From positions 1 to 44,537 of the forward strand of contig WFRR01000173.1 in the NCBI GenBank assembly GCA_015486375.1: a DNA stretch of 44,537 nucleotides, written 5' to 3'. Origin of the DNA: Thiotrichaceae bacterium. Its GTDB lineage: Bacteria > Pseudomonadota > Gammaproteobacteria > Thiotrichales > Thiotrichaceae. Below, piece by piece: positions 1-9,174 of the stretch (the stretch's first letter is position 1; each line of letters begins with the position of its first letter). The position numbers were made by a program, and so were the translations under genes. The notes beneath the pieces are model-generated. The model was not told the origin of the DNA and did not search any database. It saw nothing but the letters and a program-made list of their open reading frames with translations.

Positions 1-156
1 CAACTAGAAGATGGGCAAATAACGAATATAGCAGCCATTCTTGATGCAGATTATATTCGGCATGGTTCGGGTAAGAGCAAAACATTAGATGATATAACAA
101 AAATTTTAAACGTATCAGGCTTTAAAAAAAGAAGATATATGCCAAATCAAGGTTAG
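1..156 (+). CDS. 3' end (51 codons) of a CDS that starts upstream of the window; function unknown
   Basis: Frame 1 stays open from the window edge to a TAG at 154-156 (…HGSGKSKTLDDITKILNVSGFKKRRYMPNQG*). It has no start because it is truncated, so it is absent from the ORF track. No motif recognised. Confidence 0.3.
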   Translation, partial: QLEDGQITNIAAILDADYIRHGSGKSKTLDDITKILNVSGFKKRRYMPNQG

Positions 157-347
157 CATGGCAAACAACACCAGGGCATGGTCTGTATCATATTGTGTAT
201 GATAATTTATTGGATGAAAATTCAGAAGAATACAAAAAATTATGCCAATGGTTAAAAGAAATATTCTAACAAAAAAAGGTAAGTAAATGAAAGTACACAA
301 TTTTTATATTAATAACTTTAAATCATTTGCCCTAAAGTCTCAATACC

Positions 348-1892
348 TTAAAGCTTTGGCGTAATATTTTGATTACCTGCTTGTTGAGTCTCATTTGACA
401 GTGCAGGTTTTGTCTGCAATAAACTCAGAGAAGTACCATGGCGAATATTATAACGCTCTAAAATAGCGTTATTACGGGCTTCAACAGCCAATCGATCCAT
501 AATGACTTGATAGCCAAATTTATCTTCAAAGATAATAAAGTCTTGTTTAGACTGCGTTAGGATTTGATAAAATTGTTGCATATTAGCAAAACGTTGACCA
601 TTAATTTTTGCCACAATAATATCGGCAATATTGTGATAACCCTTATTAACGGAGTCGGCTAATACTTGTGATAGAACCACCACTTCTTGCTGATCTTCAC
701 TCGACCATTGATAGGATTCTTCAGGTGTCCACTTGGTTTCGGCCATATAGTTAGTGGTTAACGGTGTAAATACAAAACCACCCCAAATAAAGTAGCTAGG
801 TTCACGATCATAGCGTTGATACGGTACAAGACGATAAGGATTGTAAGCACGGGCTAACTTTACACTGACCTTTTTTTCTTGTCCTGCTCTGAGAATATCG
901 AAATTAACCGTCTCACCAATTTGATGTAAATCGAGGTAATACCAATGAGAAATATATTCTCCTTTACGATATTCAACTTGCTCCGTATCGGTGACATTAT
1001 GCCCATCAATCGCTGTAATCACATCACCGACTTCAATAATACCCTTAGCTGGTGAGTTGTAATTGATGTGATAAACCAATGCACCTGTTTGATCTTCAGG
1101 AACTTTATACATTTTGCGGATTGCTGAATTCTGCATATCCTGTGTTTGTACTCCAAACCCAGGGAAACCATTCCGTTTACCATCTTTTAAATCAGTTAAG
1201 AAGTGCTTTAAAATTGGGATGGGTACCATATAACCAATATTTTCGGCTTTACGCTGTTTTTGCATCACTACACCAATCAGCTGACCGTCCGAAATAATCG
1301 GACCACCACTATTACCGCTATTGATTGCTGCATCCACCTGCACAGCCAGTAAACGCTCACCGCTATGTGCATAACGCTGATACTCAATTCGTGATACGAC
1401 CCCTTTAGTAACACTCATCGTATCACCACCTGTTGGAAAGCCATAAACCAATACTTCTTGTTGAGTTTTGGGTAATTCACCTAAAGATAAAACACTTGCA
1501 CCGTTAAAAAAGTCTTTATCCGTTACTTCCAAAATAGCTAAATCGGCTTCGTGGGAAACACTGACAACATGAGCTTCATAACGCTTAGTTTTACCATAGC
1601 GTTTTACTTCAATAAAGGTGCCATCGGCGACAACATGGGCATTAGTCAGAATATGCTGATTCGCAATAATACTGCCCGAGCCTGTCATTCCTACTGTCTT
1701 AGAATTCCAAGGTGTTTTGTAGTTAGACCTTTTGGAAACGGTATAGATTTTTACAATCGCACTTTTGAGACTATTATTAGTTGTAGATGTATTGATTTGT
1801 AAGGGCGGCTCTGTTGTTTCAAGTGCGGATGACAAAGGGCTGATAAGCAGAAGAAAAGTAAGCAAAGGTGTAACAATTTTAGAATAATTCAT
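348..1892 (-). CDS. Exported HtrA/DegP-like trypsin-family serine protease (S1C) with a PDZ-like segment and an extra C-terminal domain
   Basis: N-terminal signal peptide (MNYSKIVTPLLTFLLLISPLSSA). Trypsin-fold catalytic serine motif GNSGGP. The HILTNAHVV histidine region is present. A PDZ-like 'GDVITAIDGHNV' segment follows. Total length 514 aa. Confidence 0.8.
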   Translation of the reverse strand: MNYSKIVTPLLTFLLLISPLSSALETTEPPLQINTSTTNNSLKSAIVKIYTVSKRSNYKTPWNSKTVGMTGSGSIIANQHILTNAHVVADGTFIEVKRYGKTKRYEAHVVSVSHEADLAILEVTDKDFFNGASVLSLGELPKTQQEVLVYGFPTGGDTMSVTKGVVSRIEYQRYAHSGERLLAVQVDAAINSGNSGGPIISDGQLIGVVMQKQRKAENIGYMVPIPILKHFLTDLKDGKRNGFPGFGVQTQDMQNSAIRKMYKVPEDQTGALVYHINYNSPAKGIIEVGDVITAIDGHNVTDTEQVEYRKGEYISHWYYLDLHQIGETVNFDILRAGQEKKVSVKLARAYNPYRLVPYQRYDREPSYFIWGGFVFTPLTTNYMAETKWTPEESYQWSSEDQQEVVVLSQVLADSVNKGYHNIADIIVAKINGQRFANMQQFYQILTQSKQDFIIFEDKFGYQVIMDRLAVEARNNAILERYNIRHGTSLSLLQTKPALSNETQQAGNQNITPKL

Positions 1893-2068
1893 TAATTTTA
1901 GGGGTTAAAGTTTATTTTTAGTTATTTAGATACTGTTTTATTAGAGCATAGAACCCTCAGCATAGCCTGAAAATCTTTATTATTGTGTGGAACAAACTAT
2001 AATTTAATCGGTCGATACGGCTTATAAAGATGAACTATTATTCATAATTTGGGAGATTTGGCGTAACC

Positions 2069-2884
2069 ATGCAAATAAGACAAATCATTGATCCACGTTA
2101 TTATCAATTAGCCGTACAAAGCAGCTTGCTCATTTGGGGTATGATTTATCTAGATTTTTCCCTTGATGTGAGTGCCATTACCAGTGTTATAGGCTGTGCA
2201 TTACTGGTACAGATTCTGTTTACTCGATACTACCAACTCAATTTTAATTCACTGAGTGCTATTAATTCTAGCATGTCCATTTTATTGTTATTACATGCCA
2301 GTCATTTTGCGTGGTTAGCCTTAGCTATTGCGCTTGCCATTGCTAGTAAATTTGTCTTACGTTGGAATAATCGCCATATCTTTAATCCTTCGAATATCGG
2401 TATTGTTGCTGTTTTACTCTTCAGTGACTCAACATGGCTTGCCTCTGGGCAATGGGGACACTCTTTATGGTGGGGTTTACTGTTATTAGGTTTGGGCTTG
2501 AGTTTATTTATTGGTTTATCCCGCTTATTAAGCAGTGTAAGTTTTTTAGTTTTTTTTGCGAGTCTCATTTTTCTACGCGCTCTTTGGTTAGGGGATAATT
2601 TAAGTATTCCAATACATCAATTGCAAAATGGCGCATTATTAATTTTTAGTTTTTTTATGTTGTCTGATCCTATGACAAGTCCTAATTCTGCAACAGGTCG
2701 AGTGATGTTTGGTGGCTTACTAGCATTGATTGCATGGGTATTACAATTTACTTTTTATATTCCCAATGCTTTTTTATATGCACTTGCCCTATCTTCACCT
2801 TTAGTCATTGTGATTAATAGAATTTCTTGGGGCAAATATTATCATTGGTCTCAAACACTCACTCGGAGCAAATTATGCGAGTAA
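2069..2884 (+). CDS. Polytopic inner-membrane protein, short NqrB/RnfD-family-like
   Basis: About 8 hydrophobic helices. The 'FFMLSDPMTSP' motif resembles the FFM(x)TDP(x)T signature I remember for the NqrB/RnfD/RnfE family. At 271 aa it is shorter than canonical RnfD. Its 3' end overlaps the start of the next gene by 10 nt. Confidence 0.5.
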   Translation: MQIRQIIDPRYYQLAVQSSLLIWGMIYLDFSLDVSAITSVIGCALLVQILFTRYYQLNFNSLSAINSSMSILLLLHASHFAWLALAIALAIASKFVLRWNNRHIFNPSNIGIVAVLLFSDSTWLASGQWGHSLWWGLLLLGLGLSLFIGLSRLLSSVSFLVFFASLIFLRALWLGDNLSIPIHQLQNGALLIFSFFMLSDPMTSPNSATGRVMFGGLLALIAWVLQFTFYIPNAFLYALALSSPLVIVINRISWGKYYHWSQTLTRSKLCE

Positions 2885-4245
2885 AACCCCTTTATTTTTT
2901 TACGATTTTATTGCTATTTAGTAGCTTAAACAATGCCTATGCCTTTTGCGGCTTCTATGTAGCAAAAGCCAGTAGCGATTTATTTAACCAATCTTCGCAA
3001 GTGGTCATGGTACGAGACGGCTCACGTAATATTGTCACAATGTCGAGTGATTTTAAAGGCAATGTAAATGAGTTTGCAATGGTCATGCCTGTTCCCACTG
3101 TCTTAAAACGGGAACAAATTCATGTCACAGATAATAAAATCATTGAGCATTTAGACAGTTATTCTGCACCGCGCTTAGTGGAGTATTTTGATGAAAATCC
3201 TTGTTCTCCTCCTGTGATGTATAAAATGATGCCAATGGCAGCACCTGCAATGAAATCAGATTCTGCTACGGTTAAAAAACGCGCGCGCAGTCTTGGTGTG
3301 ACGATTGAAGCGCAATATACCGTGGGTGAATATGACATTATGTTGCTATCAGCTCAACAAAGTGGTGGATTGCTGACGTGGTTAACGGAACAAGGTTATA
3401 AATTACCACAAGGTGCAGATGCGGTTGTTGGTAGTTATTTAAAACAAAAGATGAAATTCTTTGTCGCAAAGGTTAATCTGAAAAAGTTTAATCAATCAGG
3501 CTATACCCGTTTACGTCCTATTCAAATCGCTTATGATTATTCCCGTTTTATGTTGCCAATTCGATTAGGTACAGTCAATAGTCAAGGACAACAAGAACTA
3601 TTTATTTATGCACTCAGTCGCCAAGGGCGCATTGAAACTACCAACTACCGTACGGTTAAACTCCCCAGTGAAATTGAAATTCCAAGCTATATAAAAACGC
3701 AAAATAAATTCGCCGATTTTTATCGTGACATGTTCCGTACTCAAGTTAAGAAGCAAAATAATAAAGCGGTATTTCTTGAATATGCTTGGGATATGAACTG
3801 GTGTGATCCCTGTGCGGCTGATCCTTTATCCAATAAAGAATTAAGAGAATTAGGCGTATTTTGGGTGAATGAAGCAAGCAATAAACCCCAAATATCACAA
3901 CGTCGTCGCCCACCACAGCAAGGGCAAAATGTTTATCTAAGTCGTTTACATGTTCGTTATGACCGTCATAATTTTCCTGAAGATTTACTGTTTCAAAATA
4001 CAGCTAATCGTGAAAACTTCCAAGGGCGTTATATTATTCGTCATGCTTGGAAGGGAACAGAACAATGCAATGCGGCAAATCAATACTTTAAAAGTTTAAC
4101 TAAACGTCAGAATCAGCGTGCTAAAAATTTATCCAATTTAACAGGCTGGAATATAAACGATATTCAGAAAACAATGCAAATACCGCAACGCTCAGCTTCA
4201 AGTTCCAATGAAGATATGTGGTGGAAAGATTTATGGTCGCAGTAA
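2875..4245 (+). CDS. Exported DUF2330-like protein
   Basis: ATG at 2875 is preceded by GGAG at 2865-2868. Signal peptide MRVKPLYFFTILLLFSSLNNAYA. The N-terminal 'FCGFYVAK…MVMPVP' block matches my memory of DUF2330. The ORF track's longer start at 2827 lacks an RBS and would overlap the upstream gene further. Confidence 0.6.
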   Translation: MRVKPLYFFTILLLFSSLNNAYAFCGFYVAKASSDLFNQSSQVVMVRDGSRNIVTMSSDFKGNVNEFAMVMPVPTVLKREQIHVTDNKIIEHLDSYSAPRLVEYFDENPCSPPVMYKMMPMAAPAMKSDSATVKKRARSLGVTIEAQYTVGEYDIMLLSAQQSGGLLTWLTEQGYKLPQGADAVVGSYLKQKMKFFVAKVNLKKFNQSGYTRLRPIQIAYDYSRFMLPIRLGTVNSQGQQELFIYALSRQGRIETTNYRTVKLPSEIEIPSYIKTQNKFADFYRDMFRTQVKKQNNKAVFLEYAWDMNWCDPCAADPLSNKELRELGVFWVNEASNKPQISQRRRPPQQGQNVYLSRLHVRYDRHNFPEDLLFQNTANRENFQGRYIIRHAWKGTEQCNAANQYFKSLTKRQNQRAKNLSNLTGWNINDIQKTMQIPQRSASSSNEDMWWKDLWSQ

Positions 4246-4283
4246 TGCTATGTTATCGCTAATTTTCCTCACTTTAAGATAGT

Positions 4284-5333
4284 TTGATTATGTATATTAG
4301 AAAAATCCCATTAATTATTTTATGTAGCGCATTATTGACCTTACCTGTGATTGCAGCAGATTCGGGTTCAGACTCAGATAAAGTCGAAGCTAAAGCAACG
4401 ATAAGTAAAACGACCGCTAAAGCTGATTCAACTGCGGCGGTTCATCACGGTATTACTGAATCTTACAGTGCGAAAAAAGTCGCTGAACATACCTATGTGA
4501 TTCATGGTCCTTTGGAAACTCCGAATGCTGACAATAAAGGTTTTATGAATAACCCAGCTTTCATTGTTAGCGATGCAGGGGTTGCCGTGATTGATCCAGG
4601 TTCAAGTGTTCAAATTGGACGTGGGGTATTAGTTCATATTAAAAAAGTGACGGATAAACCTGTAACGATGGTCTTTAATACTCATGTCCACGGAGATCAT
4701 TGGTTAGGTAATCAAGCTTTTTTAGAAGCAAATCCTGATGTGAAAATTTATGCTCATCCAAACATGATTGAAGCAGCAAAAGCAGGCGATGCAGAGTCAT
4801 GGATTAAGAATTTATCTAAATTGACTGAAGGCGCAATAGACGGTACAGAAGCAGTGATTCCGACAGAGGCACTTAAAGATGGACAAGTGATTAAATTAGG
4901 TAAACTATCAATTAAGGTTCATCTAAATGAGCATGCTCATACAAAAACAGATGCCATGATTGAAGTAGTTGAAGATAAAGTCCTTTTCACGGGTGATAAT
5001 GTCACTGCAAAACGTATTCCACGTATGGATGATGGCAGTTTTCGTGGCAGTATTGCAGTAATTGAAAAAGCTTTACAGTTTGAGGTGGAACATGTTGTTC
5101 CGGGTCATGGAGAGACAGGCTCAAAAACGGTATTAAGTGATTATAAAAATTATCTATCAACCATTTATGAAACCGTTAAAGTATTATCAGAAGAAGGGTT
5201 AGAAGCGTTTGAGATGAAAGAAAAGATTGCAGAAAAATTGTTGGATTATAAAGATTGGAACGGCTTTGAAGAGGAGCTAGGTAAACATATCAGTCTTGCG
5301 GTATTAGAAGCTGAGCAAGAAGACTTTGAGTAA
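4284..5333 (+). CDS. Exported metallo-beta-lactamase-fold hydrolase
   Basis: Signal peptide. HVHGDHWLGN motif (HxHxDH) typical of the MBL fold, with downstream His/Asp ligands (NEHAHTKTDA, PGHGE). The start could instead be the second or third Met (4290). Confidence 0.75.
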   Translation: MIMYIRKIPLIILCSALLTLPVIAADSGSDSDKVEAKATISKTTAKADSTAAVHHGITESYSAKKVAEHTYVIHGPLETPNADNKGFMNNPAFIVSDAGVAVIDPGSSVQIGRGVLVHIKKVTDKPVTMVFNTHVHGDHWLGNQAFLEANPDVKIYAHPNMIEAAKAGDAESWIKNLSKLTEGAIDGTEAVIPTEALKDGQVIKLGKLSIKVHLNEHAHTKTDAMIEVVEDKVLFTGDNVTAKRIPRMDDGSFRGSIAVIEKALQFEVEHVVPGHGETGSKTVLSDYKNYLSTIYETVKVLSEEGLEAFEMKEKIAEKLLDYKDWNGFEEELGKHISLAVLEAEQEDFE

Positions 5334-5374
5334 AGTAAATCGCTGTTATTAATAATAGTTAATACATTTTACTT

Positions 5375-5410
5375 CACTGTAGAAAGACCTACTATTGTAT
5401 TTCTACAGTG
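5375..5410. other. Perfect 11-bp inverted repeat (CACTGTAGAAA / TTTCTACAGTG) with a 14-nt loop between convergent genes
   Basis: Read directly from the sequence. It lies in the 112-bp gap between the MBL hydrolase stop and the small membrane protein stop. There is no adjacent U-run. Confidence 0.3.
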
Positions 5411-5445
5411 GCTAAAGTAATTTCAACATCACGTAAATATTAACC

Positions 5446-5778
5446 CTAACCCATTTTTAGACCTGCTAAGAAACCGACCGTCGCACTGACACCTTTACCT
5501 GTAATATTTCCTAAGCGATCACTTAGAAATCCACCTGATTGCCGTGCTGCGTCTGTCGCTGCATTCGCTGCCTGTTTCAAGCTCTCATCATTGACATCGG
5601 CAATACCATAATATTCTGTTACAAACAATGCAACAATAACCATTCCACCTAAAAATAAAGCCACCTTTAAGGCTTTCTTAGCAAAAAAACCCACGGCTAA
5701 ACCAATAACAAAGGGCGCACCGATATCACTTAATAAATAATCTGTACTATTTTCATTCATAACTTTTCCTTTTCCCAA
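5446..5778 (-). CDS. Small Gly/Ala-rich membrane protein, unknown function
   Basis: 110-aa ORF with two hydrophobic segments (FVIGLAVGFFA; FLGGMVIVALFV). No motif recognised. The start may be the internal Met (MNENS…). Confidence 0.4.
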   Translation of the reverse strand: MGKGKVMNENSTDYLLSDIGAPFVIGLAVGFFAKKALKVALFLGGMVIVALFVTEYYGIADVNDESLKQAANAATDAARQSGGFLSDRLGNITGKGVSATVGFLAGLKMG

Positions 5779-5950
5779 TTAACCCACTTTAACCATTGCG
5801 TATTGTATGCTAGCCCACCTTCTTATATTAATTCTTTTTACTAAACGCATACAATAGGCTCAGATTACCGTATACTGCCAAGCTCTTAAGGCTATGAAAG
5901 ACATAAGGTCATAATTAGCTACTGAATTAACCCATTAAAATAAAAAGAAT

Positions 5951-7876
5951 ATGGTAAAACGAGAGTCAATAAAAAGTGAACATGAAGAACTCAAGCTTTT
6001 TCATTCTCGCTCTTTAGTTGCCGCAGCCGTTGTTTTCCTTGCACTCGCAGGTATTTTGTTTCGTCTTTTTGTCTTACAAGTTGAAGGACATGACTATTTT
6101 ACGGAAGAATCCCGTAAAAACTATCTAAAAAGTCTTCCAATTCCGCCTGCAAGAGGCATTATCTATGATCGCAATGGTAAAGTATTAGCCGATAACCGTT
6201 CAGAGTATGTGTTAGCAGTCGTACGCGATGAAGTCCCTGGTAAAGTAAAAGACACAATCAAACGTCTAGAAAAATTAATTCCTCTCAGTGATAAAGAAAA
6301 ACAAAAGTTTTATCAAAAAATGTGGCGTCAAAATCGTTATCAAGCCACTGTATTGCGAAGTAAATTAACCGAAAAAGAAATGGCGGTTTTTTCTGTTAAT
6401 CAACCGCGTTTTCCTGGTGTACGCATTAATGTGCAAATGGAGCGTTATTATCCTCTGGGTGAAATCGCAGGTCATGTACTGGGCTATGTGGGAAAAATTG
6501 ATAAACGTGATTTAAAGCGCATTGCTAAACGTGAATATAAGGGTTCAACCCATATTGGAAAATCAGGCATTGAGAAATTCCATGAAAAACTTTTACATGG
6601 AAAAACAGGCTACCGAATTATTGAAGTTGATGCACACGGCAAACCGCAAAAATTAGAAAAACAAGAAGATCCTATTGTCGGTAAAGATTTGTTTTTAAGT
6701 ATTGATATTAATTTACAAATTACCGCCGAAACCTTACTGAAAGGCAAGCGGGGTGCAGTCGTTGCAATGGATCCTCGCAACGGTGAAGTTTTAGCAATGG
6801 CGAGTGTCCCTATGTACGACCCCAACCTATTTGTTAATGGTATTTCACATAAGAATTATAACGCCCTTCGTAATAATCTTGATCGTCCCCTTTATAATCG
6901 TGCCATACAAGGCACTTATCCCGCAGGCTCAACCATAAAGCCCATTGTTTCGATGGCAGGTTTGCATTATGGGGTTGTGACTCCAGCCTCAAAAGTTCGC
7001 GCCCCTGGTTATTTCCAAGTCCCCGGACATCGACATCGCTATCGCTGTTGGAATAAACGCGGACATGGCAGTGTTAATATGAGTTATGCAATTGCACAAT
7101 CTTGTGATGTGTATTTCTATAGCCTTGCTTATCGCTTAGGTATTGATCGTTTTGCCCCCTTTATGAAGTTATTTGGTTTTGGTGGCAAAACAGGCGTTGA
7201 TTTACCTTCTGAAGGCGCAGGTCTTATGCCCACGCGTGAGTGGAAAAAGAAGCGTCACAATGCGACATGGTATCCCGGAGATACTGTTAATATTGGAATT
7301 GGACAAGGCTACTGGATTTCTACCCCCTTACAATTAGTCTCCGCAATTTCGACTTTATCAATGAAAGGTAAACGACTTAAGCCGCGCTTGTTAAGAGGTA
7401 TCCGTAAGTCTAAAAACTTACCTGAAGAGATTCAAGCCGTGAGTTATCTCCCTTCGGTTAAAGTCAAAAGCCAAAAAATGTGGAACGCACCCATTCAAGG
7501 CATGATTAATGTCATGCATTCCCCTTTCGGTACCGCTAGACGTTCAGGCGCGGGAGCTGCTTATGAAATTGCGGGTAAAACAGGTACGGCACAAGTTTTT
7601 GGTATTGGTCAAAAAGAAAAATATAATGCCCGTCGTTTAGCAAAACATTTACATGATCATGCGTTATTTGTAGCTTTTGCCCCTGCTCATGACCCTAAAA
7701 TAGCTGTGGCAATTATTGCTGAAAACTCAGGGGGGGGTAGTCATGTCGCTGCTCCAATTGGACGACGTATAATTGATGCCTACTTACTCAAGCGTTATTT
7801 GCTGCCTGAAGATGAGGAAAATGCGAAAGAAGGCGAAAATACGAAGAAAAAGAAAAAAAAGAGGAATAATCGCTAA
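5951..7876 (+). CDS. mrdA: Peptidoglycan D,D-transpeptidase PBP2 (elongasome)
   Basis: N-terminal membrane anchor. Transpeptidase motifs STIK (GSTIKP), SCD (AQSCDVYF) and KTGTA. The N-terminus aligns to E. coli PBP2 (…PIPPARGIIYDRNG…). Followed by rodA with a 1-nt overlap. Confidence 0.95.
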   Translation: MVKRESIKSEHEELKLFHSRSLVAAAVVFLALAGILFRLFVLQVEGHDYFTEESRKNYLKSLPIPPARGIIYDRNGKVLADNRSEYVLAVVRDEVPGKVKDTIKRLEKLIPLSDKEKQKFYQKMWRQNRYQATVLRSKLTEKEMAVFSVNQPRFPGVRINVQMERYYPLGEIAGHVLGYVGKIDKRDLKRIAKREYKGSTHIGKSGIEKFHEKLLHGKTGYRIIEVDAHGKPQKLEKQEDPIVGKDLFLSIDINLQITAETLLKGKRGAVVAMDPRNGEVLAMASVPMYDPNLFVNGISHKNYNALRNNLDRPLYNRAIQGTYPAGSTIKPIVSMAGLHYGVVTPASKVRAPGYFQVPGHRHRYRCWNKRGHGSVNMSYAIAQSCDVYFYSLAYRLGIDRFAPFMKLFGFGGKTGVDLPSEGAGLMPTREWKKKRHNATWYPGDTVNIGIGQGYWISTPLQLVSAISTLSMKGKRLKPRLLRGIRKSKNLPEEIQAVSYLPSVKVKSQKMWNAPIQGMINVMHSPFGTARRSGAGAAYEIAGKTGTAQVFGIGQKEKYNARRLAKHLHDHALFVAFAPAHDPKIAVAIIAENSGGGSHVAAPIGRRIIDAYLLKRYLLPEDEENAKEGENTKKKKKKRNNR

Positions 7877-8988
7877 TGGACATTCTTTCTCGTGTATTTC
7901 GTTGGTTTAATCAACTTGACCTTATCCTTATGTCGGGTCTGGTCATACTATTATTTTTGGGCAGTGTGACCCTTTATAGTGCTAGTGGCGAAAACTATGC
8001 CATGGTATCTCGGCAGGGATTACATATCTTGCTAGCAACTATTGTGATGCTATTACTGTCTCAAGTGAAAAGTAAAACTATGCAATCTTGGACAATTTGG
8101 GTATATGGCTTGGGGGTGTTATTGCTTATTTTAGTTATGGCACAAGGTCATATTGGTATGGGAGCGAGACGCTGGTTAGACCTTGGTGTATTTCGGTTTC
8201 AACCGTCAGAAATTATGAAGTTAGCGGGACCGATGATGGTGGCGCGTTATTTTTCTGATCGTCCTTTACCCCCGAGTCTCAAAGATATTATTGTGGCACT
8301 GTGTATTGTGATGTTGCCCGTTTTACTGATTGTCAAACAACCCGATTTAGGTACATCATTACTGGTCGCCAGTGCAGGCTTATTTGTTATCTATTTCGCA
8401 GGCTTGTCATGGAAATTAATTATTGCAACGCTTTCTGCAATTCCTGTGGGAGGTTATTTCCTATTTCACTATGGAATGCACGCTTATCAACAACAACGTG
8501 TTCTCACCTTATTTGACCCTGAATCCAATCGTTTAGGTGCGGGTTATCATATTATTCAATCAAAAATCGCGATTGGTTCGGGGGGGGTATATGGCAAAGG
8601 TTGGACAGAAGGGGATCAATCCCGTTTAGATTTTTTACCAGAACGACATACTGACTTTATTTTTTCTGTATTTGGGGAAGAATTCGGTTTGTTAGGCAAT
8701 ATTATTTTACTGAGCTTATACGTGTTTATTATTTGGCGCAGTCTATACCTAGCGACGCAAGGTAAAGATACCTTTTCACGTTTACTCGGTGGTAGTTTAG
8801 CACTGACCTTTTTTGTTTATTTATTCGTTAATACAGGCATGGTAAGTGGTATTTTACCTGTGGTAGGTGTTCCTTTACCCTTAGTAAGTTATGGTGGAAC
8901 TTCAATCGTTACCTTGATGGCTGCCTTTGGTATTATCATGGGATTACAAAAGCGCAAACGCGATTATCGTCATACGCCTCACACGTAA
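7876..8988 (+). CDS. mrdB: SEDS-family peptidoglycan glycosyltransferase RodA
   Basis: 10-TM SEDS protein, 370 aa. Conserved 'DFIF' and 'GLLGN' blocks. Sits immediately downstream of mrdA (TAATG overlap). Confidence 0.95.
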   Translation: MDILSRVFRWFNQLDLILMSGLVILLFLGSVTLYSASGENYAMVSRQGLHILLATIVMLLLSQVKSKTMQSWTIWVYGLGVLLLILVMAQGHIGMGARRWLDLGVFRFQPSEIMKLAGPMMVARYFSDRPLPPSLKDIIVALCIVMLPVLLIVKQPDLGTSLLVASAGLFVIYFAGLSWKLIIATLSAIPVGGYFLFHYGMHAYQQQRVLTLFDPESNRLGAGYHIIQSKIAIGSGGVYGKGWTEGDQSRLDFLPERHTDFIFSVFGEEFGLLGNIILLSLYVFIIWRSLYLATQGKDTFSRLLGGSLALTFFVYLFVNTGMVSGILPVVGVPLPLVSYGGTSIVTLMAAFGIIMGLQKRKRDYRHTPHT

Positions 8989-9174
8989 AAACGATGAATG
9001 GAGATACTGAGTGGATAATGTTTTGGAACTATTTGTAAAAAAATCTTGAACAAATAGCTAAATTATCTGACTTATTTCTACAACAGCCTGTGATTTTAGT
9101 TTAGCTAAGAGTAATTTTTCACTGGAAATTTTTAACGATTGCAGTAGCAATGATGTTAGGTTAGAGGATAAATA

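Noticed and set aside
126-269. Frame-3 ORF ending …LCQWLKEIF* with a possible TTG start at 210
   Set aside because: It has no ATG and no RBS, and it overlaps the terminus of the partial upstream CDS. It is probably non-coding.
115-300. 61-aa hydrophobic ORF on the minus strand upstream of the protease gene
   Set aside because: It sits in an AT-rich region with no RBS. It overlaps the tail of the + strand partial CDS and is most likely spurious.
2302-2568. 88-aa basic ORF on the minus strand
   Set aside because: It is embedded antisense within the polytopic membrane protein gene.
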